DNA of 63,016 nt, filler included, from Hyphochytrium catenoides (Eukaryota; Protista; Hyphochytriomycota), in NCBI GenBank assembly GCA_900088475.1. It is 3 parts of 3 records of this genome, joined end to end, with 100 filler letters (N's around TTAATTAATTAA, not from the genome) between each part and the next. Parts side by side here need not be neighbours in the genome. Positions count along the whole stretch, not along the records: positions 1 to 25,582 come from FLMG01001558.1; 2 more parts are not named here. One strand, given 5' to 3'. Below the pieces are notes generated by a model. That model was given only the letters and a program-made list of their open reading frames with translations, had not been told where the DNA came from and searched no databases. Of the stretch, positions 11,431 through 21,079 are shown in pieces (the stretch's first letter is position 1; every line of letters begins with the position of its first letter). The position numbers were made by a program, and so were the translations under genes.

Positions 11431-13133
11431 ATTAGATAATAAGAAGCTCCACCACTTACTGGAGGTTTTGCAGTTACTCCACCTGGACGTTTGCAGTAAG
11501 TTGCTCCTCCTCTCGTAACTCTCTTCTCTTTCCTCCCTCAATCAAAACCTCATGTACGTTGTAGACTGACGGCGGACAGAATAGATGTAAGCGAGCAATG
11601 CTTCGTTCATCGTAATAACCCACGGTCGTCCACGAAGATGCTGAGCAGCAAAAAAACTGTTTGAGCCTGCTGACTGTGGAAAGCATTCTACCTGTCATTC
11701 TTTTGCTTGTTGCTGATGATGAGATCATATGAATACTTGTGAAGCACGGGAGAGGAGGCCCCCGGCAGCCAGCCTCCTATTGTTTGTTGTCTTAACTACT
11801 ACTGGTTATTGCCGCTTTGTTTAGATTTGTCGAGAGCCGACAAAAGCCCATCATGATCCCTCCTACAATGAGCTTGGCTCTGATGAGTGCTCTTGATGTA
11901 GAGGAGGAAGAAGACTACCTCCTAGAGCTACCAACTGTTCCTTGTTGTACCCCTTGCATAGGTGCGCGAGCTTTACAGTTGTAGGAGGAGGTGCCTTACA
12001 TACTATAATGGCCGATTTGCCCTCGTTATGATGGCCGCTCTACCTAATCTAATGTTCTCTAAAAAAAAAGCACCCAAAGACCGAAAGTTCGTCCGCTAAC
12101 AACAAATGACGGACCTCCTCAGATTGGCCATCGTTAGGTTGACCACTTCCTAGTATATACAGCGGGAGACGTATCCCTTTTTACCAGGAGGCCTCATTAT
12201 TGGAGATAATACCACGTGACATTCTTGGTGAACGGCCTGCTGCAGCGACGACGGGCCACCAGGTATCGCCGTGCAGGAGGGAAATCTATGAAGAAGGTAA
12301 CAGCTAGCGGACTTCAGGGCGGGAGGGGGGTCGGAGGAGTAACGCACAGGCCCCCCAACGCTTGGAGATTCGGCTGTCCTGGTACCGCGCTCGAGATGAA
12401 GAATCTTGAGCTGAAACGGCCGCTCATTCGAGAAGATGTGCTTTTTTTCCAATTATTTTAATTTTCTAAATATTTCATAAACAAAAAACAAACAAAGTTA
12501 GTCAAGATTGAGTAAACAGGGCTTCTTTTTTTTTATAATAAAAAATGGAAGAAAGCCCCCTCTTCAGAAAAAAACTAATAAAGTTTGTTCCCCATTTTCC
12601 TCTAGTAAGAGATACAAGTATCCTCTCATCCATGATGCCCCATACATAATACCTCAGACATCAGACATCAACAAGCAGACAGAGTTCTTGGCTTCTCCTT
12701 TGAGATTTACCGTTGAGCAGCACGTGGTATAAAGGACAGGAGGAGGAAGAGCTTCAGAGGTGGTCGTGGTGTCTCCACTACGCTTAGAAGCAAGTTCTTC
12801 AGACCTTTCTCTTCTTGGAGATCGGTGCCTTTTGGGCTAACTAATCGGCTGAAAGACTGTCATCCATCGCAAGGAAGTTCTTCTCAGGACAAGAGTCGTT
12901 ACTTAGAGGGTCGCCGGGAGGACCTTACTATGGCTTTCAGTTCTTGGCCGCTTCAAGAGGACAGACTGATTATTTAGGGCTACGTTGACCGCTTAGTTGA
13001 AGGAGGGCCACCCCCTTATAGTTCTACCTTACGACGCTCCAGCTTCAGTTCCAATCCTTCCAAGAAAGGCTGAAGTTAGCTGGTATTTGCACCGATTCCT
13101 GCACCATACCACGCAACAAACAAAGAGTAAACA

Positions 13134-15005
13134 GTGATGATGGCGCTAAGGAGGCCCCACCTTACCCGACTAGCTTTCTTTTTCGGAGGTCTTACTGTCT
13201 TGTGGTCAACCTCTAATGCCACCCCTTGCCAAGGAGACTTAGCATGCACTTTGCTATGTTTGGACGATGCTGCCAGCTTTCCAGATCCCCCCGGAACTAC
13301 TTTCCAACCACCCTCCACTCCTGCACCGGACCAAGCAAAGGTCAAAGCCATGGGTAATGAGATCAATACTGCTATCGTTGCTTTAGGAAACCTCCCTGCA
13401 AGTACCAAATACCGGTCAGTCCGCCCAAATTGGACTGCAAAACTAGCTAGTGCACCAACGCCCGGAACTGTCTCCATGGTTACCATGCAGCCTACCGATC
13501 AGTCAGCAGGCACCTGCACGGTTGACATGGTCAACGGAGGAGTATGTCAGCCTAATCCACCAACGGTGGATGGCATTCAACGGACGATGTCCAACCTACA
13601 ATACATTGTGGAGTACTTTGATTATCTGGCCTCACAGAAACTTCTGTCGGTGCCATGCCAATATCGTCACGCTACTTATGCGTCCTTAGTTACCACCGCA
13701 CTGAGGCCTAACTTGCTAACGTTGGCACAGAAGTTCGGGCACCTGGACTTCTCTCTCCCAGGAGCTACAGACCGCTTCACCCGACTGGCGAATAATGCCA
13801 GTGATGCCTTTACCAGCTGGGTGCAGTCACAACCCTTTTCCATCTCCTCGGCCCTTTGCAACCTACAAACCGTTTACGAGCCAACAGTTCGGCCAACCAC
13901 GGACATTCCGTTGACCTCAGACCTGTTGGCCTATTCCATGTATGCTCTGCCTTGCACTGCCAACAGTAATGATCTTACGCAGAAAACTACCACAACTTAT
14001 CCTGCCCGTGGTCTCTTTGGAGCATACTCAGGTTCCACTACGCGCACGGGCACTTACCAGGTACCTAACGAAGCGGGCTTGAAGATTGGCATGCCGGATA
14101 TAACAACTCCATGGCATGGGTGGCTTTTTGCAGCAGTAGCTGCTTTTCATGAGCAGTACTATATTCCCGTGTCCCATGAATACTCTTACTACTTGTTTGG
14201 GGGCTCTAGGATATATAAGACCGTTGGCTCGGCGTACGACTATGCCATGTATGCCAGGCTCTACAGGACTGCTGGACGCTACTGCGTAGCGTCCGGTGAT
14301 TGTGCAACGGGGCTATACTGTACCTCAGCAAATAAATGTGTCCCCTTAAAGGATGTGGGTGCCACGTGCGGCGGCGATGGAGAATGCACTACTGGATATT
14401 GTACAGGAACTCCCACAGTGTGCACTGCTACTAAAGGGGTTGGTGTTGCTTGTGGCGCCGACAAGGAATGCACCTCCAAGTATTGTATTACGGCATCAGG
14501 TTGTGCGGCTACGAAAGCGGTTGGAGCGACCTGCGCAGACGATAAGGAATGCACAACAGGTCTCTGTTTAGCCACTCTGTGCGCAACCCGCAAGGCTGTT
14601 GGAGCCGCTTGCACGGATTCGAAAGAGTGCACTACCGGTCAATGTATAGGCAGCATCTGCTCTGCAGCTGTTCCCCTTGTGGCAGGTCTACCTGTCCATG
14701 CCACGTGTTCCTCGGGTTCGCCTTTCCAGTGTGAGACAGGAAGGTGTACGACCAGCACCTGCGAGGTTGATCTTTGCCATACGAATGCCGATTGTGCTTA
14801 TACCAATGCCCAGTGTGATGGCGCCACCTCTAGTGCCCCGGGCACTTGCAAGCTTCCATCTGGCAGTCCTTGTAATGGCCATTCCGACTGTATCTCAAAC
14901 AACTGTGCTTCAAACTCTTGTGGGGCTCCAACGCCAGCGCCCACCCCAGCACCCACGCCAGCGCCTACCCCAGCACCCACGCCAGCGCCTACCCCAGCAC
15001 CCTAA
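13134..15005 (+). CDS. Secreted cysteine-rich repeat protein (623 aa): signal peptide, ~350-aa unknown domain, ~8 four-Cys modules, PTPA tail
   Basis: Long high-complexity intronless ORF with a hydrophobic N-terminus (LAFFFGGLTVLWSTSNA). Repeats KxVGxxCxxDxECTTGxC at about 14280-14920. A decayed paralogue lies at 16650-17066. Confidence 0.82.
   Translation: MMMALRRPHLTRLAFFFGGLTVLWSTSNATPCQGDLACTLLCLDDAASFPDPPGTTFQPPSTPAPDQAKVKAMGNEINTAIVALGNLPASTKYRSVRPNWTAKLASAPTPGTVSMVTMQPTDQSAGTCTVDMVNGGVCQPNPPTVDGIQRTMSNLQYIVEYFDYLASQKLLSVPCQYRHATYASLVTTALRPNLLTLAQKFGHLDFSLPGATDRFTRLANNASDAFTSWVQSQPFSISSALCNLQTVYEPTVRPTTDIPLTSDLLAYSMYALPCTANSNDLTQKTTTTYPARGLFGAYSGSTTRTGTYQVPNEAGLKIGMPDITTPWHGWLFAAVAAFHEQYYIPVSHEYSYYLFGGSRIYKTVGSAYDYAMYARLYRTAGRYCVASGDCATGLYCTSANKCVPLKDVGATCGGDGECTTGYCTGTPTVCTATKGVGVACGADKECTSKYCITASGCAATKAVGATCADDKECTTGLCLATLCATRKAVGAACTDSKECTTGQCIGSICSAAVPLVAGLPVHATCSSGSPFQCETGRCTTSTCEVDLCHTNADCAYTNAQCDGATSSAPGTCKLPSGSPCNGHSDCISNNCASNSCGAPTPAPTPAPTPAPTPAPTPAPTPAP
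14928..15002 (+). repeat. 12-bp tandem repeat (24-bp higher-order unit) encoding (PTPA)6
   Basis: Alternating CCxACGCCAGCG / CCxACCCCAGCA units. Confidence 0.9.
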
Positions 15006-15739
15006 CCCTAAGCAGCTAACCCTTGGAGTAGAGTCTACTACTACCGAGTTGCTTCTTACCACTAGGTCAGCTTTGCGTGGTGATGCGCTGGTGGTTATCA
15101 CCAGAGGCTCATCAAGCGCTTGGTATCTTCTTCTGGGATACTTAGCTCAACTTAATCGTTAGTTGTGACCTTTTCTTACTCCTGGGACTGCTTTCGAAGA
15201 CTCTTACGTGTTAAAATATAATACATGGCCGCCGTAGTAAAAAAAGATTCCGTTGCGAAGGGGCTATAAAATTGAAGCGCCATTGTCATATAACACATCG
15301 TCGAGGTCGGGTGGTGGCAGCAAGTTAACTAGTAGTAGTGTTGTCGCAATCAGAAGATCACCACTGCGGATAACAGAGCTTTCCATCATCATCTAGGTCA
15401 ATGGACATGCAGATGGACTCGCCGGAGGTGAAGGCACCGTTATTGATGTTTGGTTGAGGAGAGGGAGAAAGTATTGTGTGGCTCCATCATTGTGTGTCCT
15501 TCTGTTCTATGACGCAGGGATAAATCTTCTTATCTGGTCTTATCTTCTCTTGATCATCAACGCTAAACAGACTATCGAGGAGGAGGATCAACTTTTGGCA
15601 GAGACTTTTAGTTGTATTTCAAGCTCAATCGACCCCGGAGAGGCAAGCAAAGAAGTTCTTCTATGACGTAAGGCTGCCTGTGTACTAATGCCCGTCGACA
15701 GCGGGATGACGGCTCCACCAGATATTGTGCTTCCTGATG

Positions 15740-16520
15740 CCCCTTCTAAAGCGCAAAGAAAGATGAGTGAGATTCAATGATCCCAAGCGCCTCCGTGAGC
15801 CTCTCTAGCCCGGTGGCTGGAGCGCTGACTTCGAATCATACTCCTCCCTTATTCTTCTCCTATTAGGTAATAGCGACGACAGCAGGCGGCCCGGCTACTA
15901 GGCGTTTACCTGCCCTAAGCCCAAGCCTAGAAGATCTAGTCCAAGTGTTAGACATCATCATGATGAGGTATTAGACAACAACCGTCTTCTTTCCACCTCA
16001 AGCGGAAGTAGTAGCTGGTGAAGCCGTATGGTAGGTTATACGACGAGGAGATCAGGCGAGATGGCGCTTGACCTGAGCACCTATCGAAACCAGGGGCAGG
16101 CGTCCAACAGCAGCTCTCCTCCTGCAGCAGCCTTGACACCTACTAGTAGTGCTTGCGATGATGCTCACCAGCCCTAAAAGCCACCACCGTATATTTCTCC
16201 TAGTTCAATCTTCGAGCCCCACCAACGGCTAGTATAAACTCCCCTTACTTCTTAGAGTGAGAAGAAAAAGCAGAGCGTGATGAGACGCAGAAAGTCCACC
16301 AGCAACAACAGACCTACAAGGTCAGACGACTCTATTCTATTCTATTTCCTATCGAGGTGTCTGGCGTCATCAGGCGAGGACCACAGATGATGATGGAGGA
16401 CGGGTTTACTATTGGAATGTAGCGACGGGAGGACAGGAGGAACACAGAGGGGACGCCTAAAGTGATTACCAGCTGGAGGAAGAGAGGAGCAGCAAGCAAC
16501 AATTAGACGACGCAGGCATA
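15740..16520 (+). pseudogene. Decayed copy of the WW-domain gene at 20025-20713
   Basis: Colinear blocks GCGCAAAGAAAGATGAG, CTCTAGCCCGG, CCCAAGCCTAGA, GGCGCTTGAC/AGCGCTTGAC, GATGCTCACCAGCC, GAAAAAGCAGAGCGTGA, GGACGGGTTTACTATTGGAATGTAGC. Frameshifts, stops, and loss of the second WW tryptophan. Confidence 0.85.
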
Positions 16521-16649
16521 CTGCGTCTCTCTCTTTCTTTCTTTCTCTCTTCTCTCTCTCTCTCTTTCTCTCTCTCTCTTCTTTCTTTCTTTCTTTCTTT
16601 CTTTCTTTCCTTCTTTCTTTCTTTCTCCCGTGTTCTATACACCGCCCGC

Positions 16650-17063
16650 TCTCAGAGATCACAGACAAATGAAGTACAGGTGCAGGAAGTACAGTCGGCA
16701 TTGACATTGCAAGGAGTGGTGGCTGGTAACTTGTTGCAACTCCCTGGCCTGGAGCACCAGAAGTTGCGCCTGAGCATCATCAGTGCGCACCGGTGTAATA
16801 ATAAGCACAATCCGCAGCCGTAATCGACATCGCAGGTAGTGGATGCACACCTTCTTCTTCCTGTCTCACCCTCGGTAGGCGAGGAACACGTGTCATGAAC
16901 AGGTGACCCTGCCACAAGGGGAACAGCTGCTTGCAACAGAGCAGAAGATGCTCCCTACACATTGATGACAGTACACAGCGCGGGAGTTCCTGTGCAATAT
17001 CCACTCCCGCACGCACTCCCCATCGCCATCAGGGCACAGGCCACCCACATCCTTTTTTAAAGG

Positions 17064-17066
<3 letters not shown>
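16650..17066 (-). pseudogene. Inverted, internally deleted fragment paralogous to the Cys-rich repeats of 13134-15005
   Basis: PLKKDVGGLCPDGDGEC matches PLKDVGATCGGDGEC; AAVPLVAGSPVHDTCSS...ETGRRRCASTTCDVD matches AAVPLVAGLPVHATCSS...ETGRCTTSTCEVD. Several frameshifts; bounded by CT microsatellites. Confidence 0.88.
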
Positions 17067-17116
<50 letters not shown>

Positions 17117-17829
17117 CTCTCTCTCTGCTCCTTTTCCTCTTCTTGAAAGCTGCGATTCTACTACTCCTCGCTCCACTCCATCCAAAGAAGAGACTCCTTC
17201 CCCGATCATTTACAGAAAACAGCAGCAGCATTAAAGCAGAGAGTTGTCTTCTTTCTGACTGACTGTCGCGCTCCTGGGGACTCGCCACTACTATTATGGC
17301 CTCTCTGCCAATACAATTATCTTCTCTTTTGCCCTCTGTCCTCCATCGCCTGTGCTTAGATGCCAGCGCCTCGTCTGTCTGCTGTCGATCGCTGGATCAC
17401 TCTCTCGGTCGTCGGCTTGGATGCATGTTCCTGTTGGCTCTCTCTTCGGCCTCTCTTTCGGTGGGATCACCCACCTACCTCACCTCTCGAAGTAAAAGTC
17501 TATCTAGCTATACCCGGAAATTTACTAGAAGATCTACAGGTGGCCACACCGCATCGTCGAGGACAGTCCGGTACCGGAGCTACCTCAAATGAGTTAGACA
17601 AGCAACAGGAGAAGATGATATCACCTTTTATTCCTTGGTACTGCGGCGGGCTTTCCATACGACGTACGACTCCCTTACGTATCAAAAGTAGTAGTACAGA
17701 AGCAGCAAGAAGAAGCAGGAGAGAAGGTCACTAGCAAGAAGAGGGATGCTTGTCTTCTGGAGGAGGGTTGCTGCACGCCCAGACGACCGGCGGAAGGGCG
17801 GAGAGAGGGGATGAGAAAAAGAGGAGGAG

Positions 17830-18110
17830 GAAATTGTCATATAAGAGACTGATCGAATGTGAGGATGATGGTCTCGGCGCTACACCGAGCCTCTTGTACC
17901 TTCTCCTTCTCCGTCTTCTAACGATAGTGCCGAGCAGTTCATTCAAGGATAAAACTCTTCCTCCGCTAATGATGGTGGTTTATAAGGAGGAGAGCGTGTT
18001 GAAGAGACCAGGACTTTGTAACTCTTGTTGGCTCTTCTTCATTTTCTTTTTTTCATCTTCTTGCTCCTTCTTCCTCTCATCATGCTTCTCTTCCTCGTTT
18101 TCCTTTTCTT
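17830..18110. repeat. Degenerate repeat, inverted homologue of 25890-26140 and 26520-26590
   Basis: GATGATGGTCTCGGCGC and GTTGAAGAGACCAGGACTTTGTAACTCTTG here; reverse complements GCGCCGAGACCATC (about 26070) and CAAGAGCTACAAAGTCCTGGACTCTTC (about 26551). Confidence 0.72.
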
Positions 18111-19273
18111 TCTTTTCTCCTCTTCTTAGGACGTCGTTATACCTTTCTTCTTCTCCCATCATCATACTTCTTCATAATAATGCTAAGAAAAAGAATCGGG
18201 ACCCTTTCTAAATATCACGACGAGCCTCGTCGTCACCTCCTCCTTCCGACGAGCTCCAATCAGAAGCCCGGACTTTGTTGGTTCTTCGTGGCTTTTCAAC
18301 TTCCTATCATCATCAGTACGTACACGGCCCTGGAATGATGATGATGATGTGGTTTTGTCCGCCCGCCCGTCGTCACGGTTCGCTGCACAACACTACAACC
18401 CTTCCTTCTTCTACTTCTTATGCAGCCAGCAGTCCATGCCACCTATCAACAACAAAGTCAAAGTCGCTTCTCTTCTTGTCTGAGGAGAAAGCAAATAAAG
18501 TTGAAGACGCCCATATAATAGTACGAGAATGCGTGCTTATTACTTGTCAGCAGCAGCAGATTGCTGTGGGGCTGCTGCAGGTTGTCCCGCCCGCTGCTGC
18601 TGCTGCTGCTCCTTCTTCTTTATTAGTAGGTGGCGTCGTCGTTGGTTGTCGCACGACGTAAGGGTAGGTAGTAGTAGGCTGACCACAAATCAAATTGTTA
18701 CGGTCGGTCCTTCATCACTACTACTTTGTTTTTTTAGAAATAAGGTCTCGCTTAGCTATGGGCCTACGCCTTCATACGCGAGTGTCTTTGGCCATTCACG
18801 AAGACAAAGCACTTCCAATCTTGAAGCGCATTCCTCCTGATGAACAGCTGGACCCTTCTCTTGCTTGTCTCGCGACGGCTGAGCTCGACGGTCGGTGATG
18901 ACATGGTTGCTGATGATGACATGGTTGCTGGTGGTTGTTCACCTCTTCCTCCTCCTTCTTCTCCGCTCATCATTACTGAGGAAATCAACTATGATTCTTC
19001 TTTTACTGATGATGAGCAGGGAGCAGGTTCGAGCTGAGATGATGGAAGAGCCTATTATGGCTTCTCAGCTTTTCTTCTCTTCTTCTTCTGCCTCTTCTTC
19101 TTCTTCTTCACTTTCTTCTTCTTCTTCTAGAAATCGTCTGTTAGCAGTAGTGATAGCAGTAGTTTTTCATAGTTATATGAAAGACCTCTAAACTCTTGAG
19201 AAAATAATGAAACAAAGACGTACAAGGAAGAAGTGTTGCGGCGGGGCCGGCGCGGTGATGACCAAAAAAAGCT

Positions 19274-19339
19274 CAGCAGCACCAGCAGCACCAGCAGCAC
19301 CAGCAGCACCAGCAGCACCAGCAGCACCAGCAGCAGCAC

Positions 19340-19371
<32 letters not shown>

Positions 19372-19426
19372 GCAGCACCAGCAGCACCAGCAGTAGTGGC
19401 AGCAGCAGCAGCACCAGCAGCAGCAC

Positions 19427-19458
<32 letters not shown>

Positions 19459-19460
19459 GC
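19274..19460. repeat. (CCAGCAGCA)n / (CAG)n mini-microsatellite
   Basis: Direct inspection. It generates the artefactual APA, SST, AAG and LLV ORFs. Confidence 0.92.
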
Positions 19461-20024
19461 TCGAAGAAGAAGAAGAAGCGTCCGGACCACGACGACTGGG
19501 TCATCTCCTTTGATGATGAGAAGCGGTCACAGAACCATTATTTCCTAGACCATAACTTTGCCCAGCTTTTCAAGCTACAAGCAGGTACAGATCTGCGAAT
19601 GTAGTCCAAAGCTGGTATAGAGAATGAAGAGGCCTCTTTAATCGATACAAATTTTAACAAAGATCTATCGATACTTATAAAGCTCTCTGTAACTAATAAG
19701 AACAATCTGCTGGCACTGTGTGAAAGCGCTCAGCTGGAGCATTTATATGGCGTCTAGAGCCGCAAAACTTTGTACGAGTTCGTAGGAGACAGGGGCCGGC
19801 GCTTATGACGAGGGAACGAACGGCGGACGGAGTGATGTCCTCGCGCACCGAAGAGCAGGATGATGATCTTCAGGAGAGAGGAGGACAGAGGATGCATGAT
19901 GACATTCATCATCATCTGATAGAGAGAGTAAGCGGCGACGGACGCTGATACCATGATGCCAGTCCACACCGGGCCCTTGATGAACATGCAATCTGCTGGC
20001 TAGAGTTACTCCTCGTGACGCTGC

Positions 20025-20713
20025 TGAAGCGCAAAGAAAGATGAGCGAGAAGCAGAAGAAGCGATCCCTAGGACCTCCGCCAGCGTCTCTAGCCCGGCCC
20101 GTGGTAGGCGATTTTCATCTCCTGTTATTATATGCCTTCCAAGAAATAGCGCCGACGGCACAACTCATGCTTCCTTAATCTCATTGTCTTATTTACCTAG
20201 CGACAAGCGCCGCAGTCAGGCGATGACTTCTCCTACATTCCCAAGCCTAGATGTCCACCCAGTATTGGATATCCGTCTTCCTTGTCACCAGCACAAGGGG
20301 AAGTAGCTGGCGGAGCAGCGTTTGGTGTACGAAGAGATCCAGAAGAAAAAGCGCTTGACGTGAGCAACTCTCGGGACCAAGGACAGGTGTCCGATAGCAG
20401 ATCGCCTCCAGCAGCCTTGACCCCTAGTGCGATGCTCACCAGCCGTAAGAGCCATCGTATATCTCTAGTTTAATCTCCGAGCCTAACTATGAACTCCGCT
20501 CGCCCAGAAAGAGAAAAAGCAGAGCGTGAGAGACAGAGACCCATCAACAACAGGCCTGCAAGGTCAGAAGACTCTTCATCTGTTCCCTATCAAGGTGTTT
20601 GGCGCCAAGCCAGGACCACAGATGGACGGGTTTACTATTGGAATGTAGCAACGGGAGGAACACAGTGGGCGCCCCCAGAGTGGTCGTCAGCTGGAGGAAG
20701 AGAAGGCAATTAG
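20025..20713 (+). pseudogene. WW-domain gene remnant or terminal exon; WW intact at 20597-20683
   Basis: VWRQARTTDGRVYYWNVATGGTQWAPPEW is a canonical WW domain (W, YY, N, TxWxxP). The upstream part has stops and frameshifts, so the gene is probably non-functional or spliced. Confidence 0.7.
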
Positions 20714-21079
20714 ATGCCGTCATAGTCTCCTTCTTTCTCTCTCCCTCTGTCTTTCTCTCCCTGAGAAGAACAAGAGAACATGGTCCAGACACCGCGCTCG
20801 GAGACGGTGGAGGACAGAGTTTTGAGAAAAAGTAAAGTTTATTGGTAGAGAGGCCATAGTGGCCAGTCGTCAGGAGGAGACACTCAGAAAGAGAGCGCTC
20901 TGCTTTAAATGCTGCTGCTGTTTCTAGAAAAGAACAGGAGAGGAACCTCTTGGGAAGTAGACCGCTGCTCACATGGAGAGAAAAGGAGCAGAGAGAGAGC
21001 GAAGGAGAGAGGAAGAGAGAAGGGGAGAGAGAAAAAGAGAGATGGAAGAAGGACGATAGGGCGACGGAACGGAAGAGAT

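Noticed and set aside
12820-12850. VPFGLTN resembling the gypsy RT motif MPFGLTNAP
   Set aside because: No downstream YxDD or other RT motif at the expected spacing.
15000-15011. CCCTAACCCTAA as an interstitial telomere repeat
   Set aside because: Only two units, derivable from the adjacent CCxACCCCAG repeat.
19127-19604. APA, SST, AAG and LLV repeat ORFs as real proteins
   Set aside because: All are frames of one CAG-based minisatellite with no supporting flanking coding signal.
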